Source: Nitrospinaceae bacterium (GTDB lineage: Bacteria; Nitrospinota; Nitrospinia; Nitrospinales; Nitrospinaceae). From it: DNA of 64,000 nt. The DNA is taken from NCBI GenBank assembly GCA_965223665.1, contig OZ245011.1, positions 1-64,000 of the forward strand. The letters run 5' to 3'. Position numbers and translations under genes: made by a program. The notes beneath the pieces were generated by a model, which saw only the letters and a list, made by a program, of their open reading frames with translations, did no database searches and was not told the DNA's origin. Shown piece after piece: positions 1 through 10,175 of this stretch (position 1 is the first letter of the stretch; each line of letters opens with the position of its first letter).

Positions 1-40
1 TACTTTAATATCCTTTTTAAAGTCAAAAGTCAATTATGTC

Positions 41-544
41 TTAGCCAATAATTCCGGTACAAGATTTAGACAATTGAGCATCTTGTGAAATTTGGCCTTC
101 TAAAGCTGATAACATTTCACTGGAGGAAGTATCATCACTTTTAACGATATTTGAAAAATTGGTTTGTGCCATGGTACCAAAATGAGTTGAATCATTTTGG
201 GAACAACCATACAAACTAGCTAACGTATTGAGATTTTCGCCTTCACCCATTGCCATTTCTTTAACCAGACTTGGATAATTTTTTTGGGCAAAAACTTCTC
301 GTTCTTTTTCTAATTTTACCAAACCAGATGGGTTACAGTTGGATGTACCAGTGGTGATCCCAAAAGTCTGGCTTCCAAAAGTTCCGTTAGTAGTAGAGGC
401 CAAAACCTGAACTGCACCGGGCTCATTTCCAAATACCATAGAGCCAAGACCACATCCTGCGTCACCAAAACCAGCTGCTATAGCTGAACCGGAAAAACTG
501 ATCACAGAAAGGAAGGTTGCTAGGGCCAAAATAGTTTTTCTCAT
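41..544 (-). CDS. DUF3015-family secreted protein
   Basis: Signal peptide MRKTILALATF...AIA; motifs GCGLG, STTNGT.GSQTFGITTGTSNC and GEGENLNTLA typical of DUF3015. ATG at 544 follows a GAGGAG RBS, preferred over the ORF-track start at 580. Confidence 0.8.
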   Translation of the reverse strand: MRKTILALATFLSVISFSGSAIAAGFGDAGCGLGSMVFGNEPGAVQVLASTTNGTFGSQTFGITTGTSNCNPSGLVKLEKEREVFAQKNYPSLVKEMAMGEGENLNTLASLYGCSQNDSTHFGTMAQTNFSNIVKSDDTSSSEMLSALEGQISQDAQLSKSCTGIIG

Positions 545-995
545 GGAAGTTCTCCTCAATAAGGTTAGAAAATAAAACAATTTGTTTCAGGAAAACGAAA
601 CAAAATTATTGGAAAGGTTAAGACATAGGAGCATTCTAGTTCTATAAATTGAACCTTAAAATATCTAAGCAAAAGTTTAACATGTCATTAATTTTTGCTC
701 AATATCTAAATTTAAAATAATAAGCTCTTTAATTTTAATGATTTTGGGATAAAAAGTCATAAACTTTCTTGTTCTGGTAAATAAGTACGTTAAAATTTTC
801 CTTATCAAAAATAATTTTTAGATAAAGAAAATCTAATGGGAAAAGTGCTTTAAGATAAGCGCAGACCAGGTTATGACTTTTGTATTTGGAATTCCAAAAT
901 AATTATTTAAAAAACCAATATTCTTCATAAAGTAAGAAAGTCAAAAAAGTGAATGGCCGAGAGAGGTTTTTTTCTAAAAAATTTTGAAAAAAGTT

Positions 996-1070
996 TGGAG
1001 GCGCCGGGCGGATTCGAACCGCCGATAGAGGTTTTGCAGACCTCGGCCTTAGCCACTTGGCGACGGCGCC
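996..1070 (-). tRNA. tRNA-Cys(GCA)
   Basis: Reverse complement GGCGCCGTCGCCAAGTGGCTAAGGCCGAGGTCTGCAAAACCTCTATCGGCGGTTCGAATCCGCCCGGCGCCTCCA: paired acceptor stem, GCA anticodon loop, TTCGAAT T-loop, U73 and encoded CCA. Confidence 0.97.
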
Positions 1071-1102
1071 ATGATTCTTGGGTGAACAAGTAAAAGATTG
1101 GA

Positions 1103-1177
<75 letters not shown>

Positions 1178-1214
1178 TAATTGATTTTACCCAAAATTGC
1201 TAGAATGAAGGTTT

Positions 1215-1242
1215 ATTATAGGAGGCCTCAATTTTTTGTCAA
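1215..1242 (-). promoter_or_regulatory. sigma-70 promoter of the tRNA-Gly/tRNA-Cys operon
   Basis: Perfect TTGACA-N16-TATAAT on the minus strand, ending about 37 nt upstream of tRNA-Gly. Confidence 0.85.
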
Positions 1243-1245
1243 TTT

Positions 1246-1830
1246 CTATTTTTTCATGAATTTTCTTTCTGTTCCGTTTATTAGCCTTTGTATATTTTCT
1301 TTATGTTTATAAATTGTAATTATTGCAGCAATGATAGAAACATAGATGTAGGGCAAAGGTGAGGAAAGAAGATAACCGGTAATTGGAACACTGATTGCGG
1401 CTAACATTGAACTTATTGACACATACCGGTTGATTAAAAGGTTTAAAATAAATAACCCTAAAGCAGTCAAACCTGCAAGCGGCATTAAGAATAAATAGAT
1501 GCCTAAACCAGTTGCGATCCCTTTTCCGCCCTTAAATTTAAGAAATACGGAAAAGATATGGCCTAAAAAGGCGAGTAATCCTGCGAGTCCAATTTTCCAA
1601 TCTATGGCAAGTAAACTTTCAGCAATCCAGCATGCCAAATAGCCTTTACCGCAGTCACCCGCTAAAGTCAACAAACCAGCGGTTTTGCCTAGGGTTCGGG
1701 TAACATTGGTTGCGCCAATGTTGCCACTGCCGTGTTGTCGCAAATCAATTTTCTTTGACTTGGCGAGTACGACGCCGAAAGGAATAGAACCTAAAAAATA
1801 TGATAAAATCCAGACAAATGCTTGAGTCAT
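1246..1830 (-). CDS. plsY: glycerol-3-phosphate acyltransferase PlsY
   Basis: GSIPFG, GSGNIGATNV.R, GHIFSVFLKFKGGKG and H..NI.RL..G.E motifs; multiple TM helices. Confidence 0.95.
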   Translation of the reverse strand: MTQAFVWILSYFLGSIPFGVVLAKSKKIDLRQHGSGNIGATNVTRTLGKTAGLLTLAGDCGKGYLACWIAESLLAIDWKIGLAGLLAFLGHIFSVFLKFKGGKGIATGLGIYLFLMPLAGLTALGLFILNLLINRYVSISSMLAAISVPITGYLLSSPLPYIYVSIIAAIITIYKHKENIQRLINGTERKFMKK

Positions 1831-1903
1831 AAATAGAGTTTATTTGGGAGATTTTTGCGAGGGGGGTCGCATTTTTTTTATTTTGAAGATTAAAAATAAA
1901 AAA

Positions 1904-2797
1904 TTATTCTAAATGTTCCTGTAAGAATTGGTTGTCTGATTGAATTCTCAATCGGGCTTTGGCTCGCTTTTCAATTTGTCTCACTCTCTCACGTGATAAA
2001 CCCAGTTCTTTGCCAATCTCTTCTAACGTTTTCGCATCCCCACTAAAACCAAAACGCATTCGAATAATTTTTTCTTCCCTTTCAGTGAGGTGTTTTAAAA
2101 TAGAATCCACTTTTACTTTTAGGGACTCTTTCATGATTTGATCATCATAGGGAATATAATCCGGAGTTTCTAATAGATCTACATATTCGGTAACCTCTGT
2201 ATTTTTTAAAGGAGTGTCTAATGAAAGATGACTTCGATATACGCGAAGAATATTTTCGATTTCTTCTACCTTAAACCCCAAATCCTCCGCGACCTCACTG
2301 GTAGTGGGCTCTCTTTCCAAGGCTGTGGTGAGGCTCTTAAATTTCTGTTCTATTTTATAAAGCTTTCCTGCCTGCTTTACGGGGATTTTTACAGTTCGCC
2401 CTTGTTCTGCAAGAGCATGCATAATTGCCTGACGAATCCACCACACCGCATAGGTTATAAACTTTACATGTCGTTCCCCATCAAATCTTTTAGCGGCTTG
2501 AATCAAACCTATATTTCCTTCTTCGATGAGGTCCTGCAACGAAAGTCCACATCCTTTATATTTATTGGCAACTGTTACCACATATTTAAGATTTCTTCTT
2601 ACAAGTTCGTTAAGTGCATGTGTATCCCCCTTCTTTATTTTTTGGGAAAGGGCTTCCTCTTCCTCCCGTGAAAGGGGTTTTAATTTACTAATTTCGGAAA
2701 GATATTGAGATAGGGCATCCGCAACCTCTCGGTTGCCCCTTTTTTTGGAGGTGGCTTTAGAAGGTTGTTTTTTTTTGCCGGATTTAATTTTCGGCAT
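1904..2797 (-). CDS. RNA polymerase sigma-70 family factor (RpoD/RpoS-like, lacks region 1.1)
   Basis: Region 2 DLIEEGNIGLIQAAKRFD and FITYAVWWIRQAI; region 4 TLEEIGKELGLSRERVRQIEKRA. Confidence 0.92.
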   Translation of the reverse strand: MPKIKSGKKKQPSKATSKKRGNREVADALSQYLSEISKLKPLSREEEEALSQKIKKGDTHALNELVRRNLKYVVTVANKYKGCGLSLQDLIEEGNIGLIQAAKRFDGERHVKFITYAVWWIRQAIMHALAEQGRTVKIPVKQAGKLYKIEQKFKSLTTALEREPTTSEVAEDLGFKVEEIENILRVYRSHLSLDTPLKNTEVTEYVDLLETPDYIPYDDQIMKESLKVKVDSILKHLTEREEKIIRMRFGFSGDAKTLEEIGKELGLSRERVRQIEKRAKARLRIQSDNQFLQEHLE

Positions 2798-2815
2798 TTT
2801 AGCACCTGATCTAAA

Positions 2816-3577
2816 TTACAATTTAATTTTTCTTAATCGGGCACGAGCTTCTTTGGCGAATAAACTCTTTGGGAAACTTTTCAGTAATTTTTGAAAATAA
2901 ACTTTTGCATTTTCGAGATTTTGTTCTTTAAAATAAGATTCTCCTAAAAGAAAAACCGCCTCGTCTAAAAAGGTTTGTTCCGGATACTTATCTAATAATT
3001 CTTTGAACCTTGAAATCGCAGCATGATAAGAATTAGTTCTATAATAAAATCGAGCAATTTCCATTTCTTTCAAAGCTAAATGCTCGATGCATTTCTTTCT
3101 TCTTATCTTGGCTTTTTGAAAATAACGGCTTTTGGGATACTCTTCAATTAATTTATCAAATTCTTCTAAAGCATTTTTAGTAAATGTTTGATCGCGAGCT
3201 GAAATATCCATTTGATGGAAATCTGACATGGCCTTTAGGTACTGTGCCCGGCTTGATAGTTTATGCGCCGGATACTGCTCTAAAAATTGTTGGAAATGAA
3301 ATTTTGATTCTTGGAATTCACCCAATCGATAATGGGCTTCAGCTCGAATGACCAGAGCCATTGCACGTTCTTTGCTGTCGGGGAAATCTTCTAAAAGTTT
3401 ATTTACAGTTTCCAGAGCCTCATTATAATTTTTTACCTTCATAAAAAGGATGCTTTGCTTTATAAGCACTGGCGGTGAAGAGGGTTTTTCCTCTAAGCTG
3501 GCACAACCTGTAAAAATTGTGAAGACTGAGGCCCAAATTATTTTAAAAATTACATTTGTTAAGGTTTTTTGTCTCAT
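2816..3577 (-). CDS. bamD: outer membrane protein assembly lipoprotein BamD
   Basis: Lipobox FTGC, TPR repeats, RDQ..T..AL..F and LA..E..IARFY.R...Y.AA..RF motifs. Confidence 0.85.
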   Translation of the reverse strand: MRQKTLTNVIFKIIWASVFTIFTGCASLEEKPSSPPVLIKQSILFMKVKNYNEALETVNKLLEDFPDSKERAMALVIRAEAHYRLGEFQESKFHFQQFLEQYPAHKLSSRAQYLKAMSDFHQMDISARDQTFTKNALEEFDKLIEEYPKSRYFQKAKIRRKKCIEHLALKEMEIARFYYRTNSYHAAISRFKELLDKYPEQTFLDEAVFLLGESYFKEQNLENAKVYFQKLLKSFPKSLFAKEARARLRKIKL

Positions 3578-3737
3578 TTTCCCTATTCAATACATTTTTA
3601 ATATAATACCACTGTTTGGTCTATTTTTTGAATTATCTAAAGGTGGGACTTTGCATCTTGATATACTGGAATTTTTCGTGTTATAAGGCTAAAGTATAAT
3701 ATGCTAAGGACCAATCATTTCCTGGAGAAATAGCTAT

Positions 3738-4532
3738 TTGATGAAGAAAAAATTTTCATACCTTAATTTCCTTCCCTGGATCATTGTCTTAATTCTTTTT
3801 ACTTTTGAAAATTCTTTTGCACAGGAAAAAAAAATTCTAACTACTCAATGGAGTGTTGTTTCAATTGTGGAAAAGGGTGGATTAATGATGTTCCCGATTC
3901 TTTTTTGCTCCATTTTAATGGTAGGAATTGCAATTGAGCGAGCTTATAGTTTGAGACGAAAAAATATCATTGATCCGGATTTTTTAAAAAAAGTTAGATC
4001 CCATTGGAATTGGAAGGATATACAGTTAGGCCTCCAATTATGTAAAACATATGATACTTCTTTAGCTAGGATTTTGAAGGCAGGGTTACTGCGATTTGGA
4101 GGGAAAGTAGATGAAATTGAAAGAGCTATTGAAGGGGCGGGTCAACATGAAGCTTCTTTATTAACTTCGAATCTACGAGTTTTGGGTGCAGTAGCTAATA
4201 TTACACCCATGCTGGGTTTACTGGGGACAGTATTTGGAATGATAAAGGCTTTTAATGTTATTTCTCAAAGTGGAACTGGGAACCCAGGATTAGTCGCCAG
4301 TGGAATTTCAGAAGCATTGATCACAACTGCAGCAGGAATGCTGGTGGGTATTCCAGCCTTGGCACTTTATCATTACTTTCGTGGTCGTATTGAGAGGTAT
4401 GTATTTGAAATGGAAGAAATTTCATTTCAATTGGTTGAAGAAGTTTCTGTAGAAGCCTTTAAAAATAGAGATATAGTGGATGATAAATCAGAAAAATCCA
4501 GGACCAGTTCTCGTCCCGTCGGTTCAAATTAA
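3738..4532 (+). CDS. exbB: MotA/TolQ/ExbB proton channel family protein
   Basis: GGLMMFPIL, PMLGLLGTVFGMIKAF and GISEALITTAAG motifs. Confidence 0.88.
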   Translation: MMKKKFSYLNFLPWIIVLILFTFENSFAQEKKILTTQWSVVSIVEKGGLMMFPILFCSILMVGIAIERAYSLRRKNIIDPDFLKKVRSHWNWKDIQLGLQLCKTYDTSLARILKAGLLRFGGKVDEIERAIEGAGQHEASLLTSNLRVLGAVANITPMLGLLGTVFGMIKAFNVISQSGTGNPGLVASGISEALITTAAGMLVGIPALALYHYFRGRIERYVFEMEEISFQLVEEVSVEAFKNRDIVDDKSEKSRTSSRPVGSN

Positions 4533-4534
4533 TT

Positions 4535-4930
4535 ATGTATTTTCAAAGAGAAGAAGAAGAAAAATACTCCCTGGAATTAACCCCTCTAATTGATGTGGTT
4601 TTTCTTTTATTGATTTTTTTCATGGTTTCTACAGCTTTTGTAGATTTTCCTCGACGTCTTGAAATAGACCTACCTACATCCAAATCTTCTAACGAAAACG
4701 AGGAAGTGCAAAGCTTAGAAATTGAATTAACCAAGGATCAAAAAATTTTCTTAAATGGAAAAAAAGTCACTCTCCCTCAGCTTGAAAAAAAATTAGAAAC
4801 GATGGAAAATCCTACCCAAAAAAAGGCACTCATTAGAGCGGACAAAGATTTACCCTACGGCAAAGTAGTGCAGGTAATGGGGGCATTACAAGGTGTAAAA
4901 ATTACGGATATTAGTATAGCTGTAAAATAA
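4535..4930 (+). CDS. exbD: biopolymer transport protein ExbD/TolR
   Basis: LTPLIDVVFLLLIFFMV TM motif and IRADKDLPYGKVVQVM; directly follows exbB. Confidence 0.9.
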   Translation: MYFQREEEEKYSLELTPLIDVVFLLLIFFMVSTAFVDFPRRLEIDLPTSKSSNENEEVQSLEIELTKDQKIFLNGKKVTLPQLEKKLETMENPTQKKALIRADKDLPYGKVVQVMGALQGVKITDISIAVK

Positions 4931-4947
4931 CTGGGCGACTGCTAATT

Positions 4948-5244
4948 TTAAGAGGATTTGGCAATTCCGGGTCCTCGAGTTAAAATCCATTCATTTAATT
5001 TTCTTACTTCTTCCTGTTTCAAGAACTTTAAAACATTTTCAGGGTGTGCATGGTCTTCATCATTGATAACGGTGCAATAATTCCGTTCCACATAAGCAGC
5101 TACATGCGCTTTAAATTGAGGGAAATTGGAAAAAAGCTGACAAAATATTTCGGATTGGTAGGAAGGGTCAATATTTTGAGAATCAAAACGTAGAAGTTTT
5201 GGGGTTAATTTTGTCCCGAATTCAGCTTTGATTAAATCACCCAC
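4948..5244 (-). CDS. hypothetical protein
   Basis: 98-aa ORF, GTG start preceded by AAAGGA RBS, fills an intergenic gap. Confidence 0.6.
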   Translation of the reverse strand: MGDLIKAEFGTKLTPKLLRFDSQNIDPSYQSEIFCQLFSNFPQFKAHVAAYVERNYCTVINDEDHAHPENVLKFLKQEEVRKLNEWILTRGPGIAKSS

Positions 5245-5502
5245 GTAGATTCCTTTTTAGGTTATTCACATCAAGCAAGTATATTTTATCAGTCAAAAAA
5301 CTGGGAACAAGTAAATAGTATTTTTTTTAAAAAAATGTGTCTCCTTGCTTCTTTTGCATTTGATATTTAGTTGTATCCTTTTAATTTTTATACATTTATG
5401 AGGATTGGTTTAAGCAAAAATTGAAGCTGCAAAATCATGGAAACGTAAGATTTAAATTTTAAAAATTTCCAGGAAGCCAATCAAAAAACTCTAAAGGGAT
5501 TT

Positions 5503-6174
5503 TTAAAAGTTTGGGACTCTTTCCACTAAAGCTGGATGATCAATGAAAGGGTTGCGGTTACCCTGGGCATCTTCAATTAAGGAATTCCTCTCTTCTTCCA
5601 TAGGACTAGGTGGATCGGACAAATGCCATTTTCTTAATTTATCCTCGATATCGTCAGGAATTGAAATTTCGTATTGAAAGGATATATAAAACCAGGCACG
5701 AGCGATTTCCCCACGTATTTCTTGTCGTGTATTTTCTGATAATGAAAATGCAGCGACATTAGAACAGTAGGTATGATTTTTTAACTGCGGAAAAATATTG
5801 TGCAAATCGGACTCAGCCAGTGAAAAATCAGAATATGGGATGGATTCTTTTTCTCTGAAAATTGGGTAGACAGGTCCCCAAATGATGGGATTATTCTCAG
5901 ATATTTCGTTTGCCTTAGAATTTTTACAGTCAAGTGAGGTATTTTGAGGCTGGGAATTTATTTTGCATTCGCAATATAAAGTGGTAGGTTTTTTTATCTT
6001 TGAATAAATTTGTTTAAGAAGAATTTTAGAATTCTCTAAATTTTTAACTTTAGGTGGAATAAAGAGTCGTGGGTCAGCAACTTGAGCCAGTAAAGGTTTT
6101 ACAGGAAAAACCAACAATAATGAACAAAAAGTAACAATAAATATAACAACTTTCATAACTAAAAAAGTTAACAT
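5503..6174 (-). CDS. endonuclease I (EndA/Dns/Vvn) family homolog, degenerate active site
   Basis: Signal peptide; TLYCEC, ESDLHNIFP, RGEIARAWFY, W...DP....E.ERN..I...QGNRNPF. The canonical WEHVVP reads WGPVYP. Confidence 0.8.
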   Translation of the reverse strand: MLTFLVMKVVIFIVTFCSLLLVFPVKPLLAQVADPRLFIPPKVKNLENSKILLKQIYSKIKKPTTLYCECKINSQPQNTSLDCKNSKANEISENNPIIWGPVYPIFREKESIPYSDFSLAESDLHNIFPQLKNHTYCSNVAAFSLSENTRQEIRGEIARAWFYISFQYEISIPDDIEDKLRKWHLSDPPSPMEEERNSLIEDAQGNRNPFIDHPALVERVPNF

Positions 6175-6216
6175 AATTAAGCAAATTTTTAAAAAACATT
6201 TTCAAAAGGTCGGTTC

Positions 6217-7527
6217 ATGAAGAAAGTCATTAAGCCGGATTTAGTGCTTACCAAGTCACTATTAGATTTTATAGATCAAAGTCCCACTTCTTTTCATGCA
6301 ACTCATAATTTGGCCAAGAGATTGGAGAAAGCCGGATACAAGCGTTTATTAGAATCCGAAGCCTGGACTTTAAAAAAGGGTGCAAAATACTATGTTGTTC
6401 GAAATGGGTCTTCTATCATTGCTTTTGAAATGGGAATGGAACCTCCAGAAAAAGTAGGGTTTAAAATTATCGGTGCGCATACTGATAGTCCAAATTTAAG
6501 ATTAAAACCGAATCCTGCTTATTTAAAAAATGGTTATTTCCAATTTGGTGTGGAAGTTTATGGTGGTGCCTTGTTATCGACATGGACTGATCGGGATCTT
6601 TCTTTAGCGGGCAGAGTTTTCTTGAAAAGCGGAAAAGACAAAATAAAGGAAAAGTTATTGAAAATTGATAAGCCAATTTTGAGGATCCCTCAACTGGCAA
6701 TTCATTTGAACAGAAATGTGAATGAGAAAGGATTAATTTTAAATAAACAAACTCATTTACCTCCCATATTAAAGCTTTCGGAACCAAGGGTTGACTCGGA
6801 AAAAGAGTTTAACAATATATTATCTTCTGAGTTAAATTGTGACGCTAAAACGATTATCAGTCATGATTTGGCTCTTTATGATACCCAGAAAAGTTCATTA
6901 GGTGGGCCAGATGGGGAGTTTCTATTTGCTCCCAGATTGGATAATTTAGCTTCTTGTCATTCAGCATTGGAAGCTTTGCTAAATTCTCCGGGAAAAAAAG
7001 CATTCACTAGAGGGTTGGTTTTTTTTGATAATGAGGAAGTAGGAAGCCAAACCGCTCAAGGTGCAGAATCTCCTTTTGTTAAGGATGTATTTGAGAGGAT
7101 TGTTTTATCCTCCTCCAACTCCAAAGAATCATATTTGAGAGCGATTTCTAGATCACTTTTTGTTTCAGCAGATATGGCTCATGCGGTTCACCCCAATTAT
7201 TCAGAAATGCATGATACGCAGCATTTGCCTTTAATTAATAAAGGTCCCGTGATTAAATTTAACTCAGATCAGAGGTATGCAACAGATGGATCTACCTGTG
7301 CGGAATTAGAAGCGTTAGCTAAAAAAGAAAAGGTCCCAGTGCAAAAGTTTGTTATGCGTTCTGATTTACGTTGTGGAAGCACAATTGGTCCTATTACTGC
7401 AATGAATTTGGGAATTCGCACGATAGATGTGGGTAACCCAATGCTTTCCATGCATTCAATTAGAGAAATGGCTGGAGCATTAGACCATAAATATATAGTT
7501 GATTTGTTTAAAGGGTTTTTTAATTAA
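6217..7527 (+). CDS. apeB: M18 family aspartyl aminopeptidase
   Basis: GAHTDSP, RLDNL, DNEEVGS, SADMAHAVHPNY, CGSTIGP and LSMHSIRE motifs. Confidence 0.92.
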   Translation: MKKVIKPDLVLTKSLLDFIDQSPTSFHATHNLAKRLEKAGYKRLLESEAWTLKKGAKYYVVRNGSSIIAFEMGMEPPEKVGFKIIGAHTDSPNLRLKPNPAYLKNGYFQFGVEVYGGALLSTWTDRDLSLAGRVFLKSGKDKIKEKLLKIDKPILRIPQLAIHLNRNVNEKGLILNKQTHLPPILKLSEPRVDSEKEFNNILSSELNCDAKTIISHDLALYDTQKSSLGGPDGEFLFAPRLDNLASCHSALEALLNSPGKKAFTRGLVFFDNEEVGSQTAQGAESPFVKDVFERIVLSSSNSKESYLRAISRSLFVSADMAHAVHPNYSEMHDTQHLPLINKGPVIKFNSDQRYATDGSTCAELEALAKKEKVPVQKFVMRSDLRCGSTIGPITAMNLGIRTIDVGNPMLSMHSIREMAGALDHKYIVDLFKGFFN

Positions 7528-7805
7528 GCTGTACTTCCTTCAATCTTTTTTATAGCTTCCACTACTTTCGAGTGAATGGAAGTCCAACGAGCTTTATCGT
7601 CTTTAGTGACTTGTACTTCTGAACCAAGAATCCAAACACTGGCTACGCCTCTTATTTGAAATAAGGTATTGGCAAGGGGATGGGATTTTGCCACTTCGGC
7701 TGAGGAAAAAGACAACCCTGTCCCGGGCGGTATTAATTCTTTGTTTAATTCAAAAATTACAGAATGTTCATTTCTAGTGGGAGTAGTTTTTACTTCTAGG
7801 GTCAT
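7524..7805 (-). CDS. stand-alone NifU/Nfu N-terminal domain protein
   Basis: TPT.NEHSVIF, PLA..LF.I.GV.SV and VTK.....W pattern of the Nfu_N scaffold domain. Confidence 0.8.
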   Translation of the reverse strand: MTLEVKTTPTRNEHSVIFELNKELIPPGTGLSFSSAEVAKSHPLANTLFQIRGVASVWILGSEVQVTKDDKARWTSIHSKVVEAIKKIEGSTA

Positions 7806-7849
7806 AACATTTGCCTTCCAAAAATAGTAACTTTTAAAACGAATATAGT

Positions 7850-8449
7850 TTACGGATTATTGTATCCAAACTTTTCTTTTGCTGCTTCTAAGGTTTTTCG
7901 AGTTGCATTTGCCGCTTCTTTCATATTTTGTTTCTCAAAAAGGTTTACTGCCTTTTCTAAGTTGACAATGACAAGCATTTTAAATGGAGGCTCTTTTTTA
8001 TAATTAAAGTACGCCCACCCCAAGTTTCCATGAGCTTGAGGATTATTGGGCAATCGGTGAACAACATAATTCAGGTGTCCGATAGCTTTTTCCCAATTTT
8101 CCAATAAATTATAAATATTTCCCAACTTCAACCGAATGAAAATATTGTCAGGTTCCAATCGTAATGATTGCTCAAAAGCTGCAGCGGAACGGTCATACTT
8201 CTTTAACCCTTTATAAGCCAGTCCTAAATTAAACCAAGTTCCAGTAGAGTCCGGGTTTATCTCAATCGACTTATGGTAAGCCTCTACGGCTTCCTCTAAA
8301 CGTCCTTGACTGGTTAAATTATTTCCCTTTGTAAACAATTCCTGAGATGTCTCTGCAAAACAGGAAGTCATAACTGGACTTAAAATAACCCCAAAAATTA
8401 ATATTCTAAAACCCAAAACTATTACTAAGGTTAAAAAATTCTTTTTCAT
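7850..8449 (-). CDS. secreted TPR repeat protein
   Basis: Signal-like N-terminus from MKKNFL (8449); about four TPR repeats (WFNLGLAY, AHGNLGWAY). Confidence 0.8.
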   Translation of the reverse strand: MKKNFLTLVIVLGFRILIFGVILSPVMTSCFAETSQELFTKGNNLTSQGRLEEAVEAYHKSIEINPDSTGTWFNLGLAYKGLKKYDRSAAAFEQSLRLEPDNIFIRLKLGNIYNLLENWEKAIGHLNYVVHRLPNNPQAHGNLGWAYFNYKKEPPFKMLVIVNLEKAVNLFEKQNMKEAANATRKTLEAAKEKFGYNNP

Positions 8450-8602
8450 GGGTCTTCTCGAAAATTTTGGAAATTTTACCCAATTGACAATCAGTTGACA
8501 AGTTTTACATTTAAAGCAATTTAATTGGATTATTGGCATTATATTACTCTTTCGCCGAAGTAAAAAAGTAGAAACTAAACGGACTCATTTGGAAAATAAT
8601 TT

Positions 8603-9409
8603 TCATTTTTTGTTCAATTTACCTGGTTTGATTCTGCAGTTAGTGATCCAGTAACGGTTACCCTTGGACCCAATTGAAACCTCACAGCCTAAAGTTCTGG
8701 AAAGATTTTTACTTGTAAGAACAGTGGTTTTTGGCCCCTGGAACAGAGCTTTGCCTTTTTTTAAAAAAAGTACGTGGGTGATGGATGGAAGAATTTCTTC
8801 AACATGGTGAGTTACATAAATTAAACGGTAACGCTTTGATAATTTCTCAAGTGTTTCCAATAAATACTCTCGGGTAGGAATATCTAATCCCGAACAAGGT
8901 TCATCCAGTATTAATAGGGAAGGGCGATTTACTAAGGCTCTGGCTAACAGAACTCGTCGTGCTTCTCCATAGGATAAATGATAATAGGGGCGGTTTTGCA
9001 AATGTCCTATATTGAGTTCTTCCAGTTTGAGTATGGCGGCATTTTTTTGTGAACTTTTAACTTGGTCCCATATACCAATACTTGAAAAAAAGCCTGACTC
9101 TACAACTTCTAAAGCGGTTACGTTTTGATCATAGCTTTGCTGAAACTCTGCAGATACCAAACCCACTTTTTCACGAATATTTAAAATTCCCTGCCAATTT
9201 TTTGTGCCGAACCAATGAACCGAGCCACCCTCGACAGGCAAAAGTTCTCCAAAAATTAATTTTAACAATGTGGTTTTTCCTGACCCGTTATTGCCCACTA
9301 CAGCCCAATTTTGGTTTTTTTGGATGGTCCAGCTTAAATTGAACAACGCTTGATTATCTTTTCGATAAACGGTAACGTTTTTTACTTGGACAATAAAGGA
9401 TGGGGCCAT
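8603..9409 (-). CDS. ABC ATP-binding protein, ModF-like single domain
   Basis: Walker A GNNGSGKTT, signature LSYGEARR, Walker B LILDEP, YVTHH. Confidence 0.88.
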   Translation of the reverse strand: MAPSFIVQVKNVTVYRKDNQALFNLSWTIQKNQNWAVVGNNGSGKTTLLKLIFGELLPVEGGSVHWFGTKNWQGILNIREKVGLVSAEFQQSYDQNVTALEVVESGFFSSIGIWDQVKSSQKNAAILKLEELNIGHLQNRPYYHLSYGEARRVLLARALVNRPSLLILDEPCSGLDIPTREYLLETLEKLSKRYRLIYVTHHVEEILPSITHVLFLKKGKALFQGPKTTVLTSKNLSRTLGCEVSIGSKGNRYWITNCRIKPGKLNKK

Positions 9410-9413
9410 CAGG

Positions 9414-10133
9414 TTATGCTATTTGCAGGGAAGTCCCATTCATTAATTCCACCACAACCTGATCTGGGTAGTATTGAATTATATTTATTGCGGCATATTC
9501 CTGAGCAATACGAAACAAATTATCGATTGGAAACTCTAATAAATGAGCGAGGATGGTCCTGTTTACACCGCCATGACTCATGATTACTATTGTTTCATTG
9601 GGGTGGTTATTCACAATCTCTAGAAACTTGGGAATTACCCGGTCATGCAATTGTTGAAATGATTCACCACCATCTGCTTTAAAGGTGGAGGTGCTTTTTA
9701 CTCGCTTATCTAGTTCTCCAGGAAACTGCGCATTCAATTCTTCAACGCTCATACCCTCCCAATTTCCAAAGGATAATTCTCTCAAATCTGGCGTAAATAT
9801 TGGATTCAGTGAATGATGATTAGCAATAATTTCCGCACCAGTTTTGGTTCGTTGTAGGTCGCTGGAATAAATTGCCTTTATAGGTTTTTTGCTTAGGATT
9901 TGGGCGATATCCTCAATTTGAGAAAGTCCTTTTTTAGAGAGGGAAACATCGAAATGGCCATTTAAACAAATTTTGTGGGCATTTGCAGTTTCACCATGCC
10001 GGATTAGGTAAATACGGCAACGTGGGAGCCCCTTGAAATGACGGGTGCCCGGGTCTTGGGGTATAAAGCTATTTTTGGACACAGTTATGACCCAAAAAAA
10101 GACAAAAAAATGGCAAGCTAAGGGGCTTGCCAC
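9414..10133 (-). CDS. histidine phosphatase family protein (CobC/PspA-like)
   Basis: RHGET, SSDL.R, ELSFGNWEG, GGES and SHGGVNR motifs. True start is probably downstream of 10133. Confidence 0.88.
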   Translation of the reverse strand: MASPLACHFFVFFWVITVSKNSFIPQDPGTRHFKGLPRCRIYLIRHGETANAHKICLNGHFDVSLSKKGLSQIEDIAQILSKKPIKAIYSSDLQRTKTGAEIIANHHSLNPIFTPDLRELSFGNWEGMSVEELNAQFPGELDKRVKSTSTFKADGGESFQQLHDRVIPKFLEIVNNHPNETIVIMSHGGVNRTILAHLLEFPIDNLFRIAQEYAAINIIQYYPDQVVVELMNGTSLQIA

Positions 10134-10175
10134 CTTTTGAAATCTTATCTATTTAAAACGGAAAAACAGAATGGA

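Noticed and set aside
545-995. Very AT-rich stretch after the tRNA-Cys 3' end as a possible island attachment site
   Set aside because: No integrase, and I saw no duplicated tRNA 3' end in the window. An island beyond the left edge cannot be excluded.
1856-1879. TGCGA-G6-TCGCA hairpin with a T-run
   Set aside because: The stem is only 5 bp and the T-tail is on the strand opposite to both flanking genes, so it is not supportable as their terminator.
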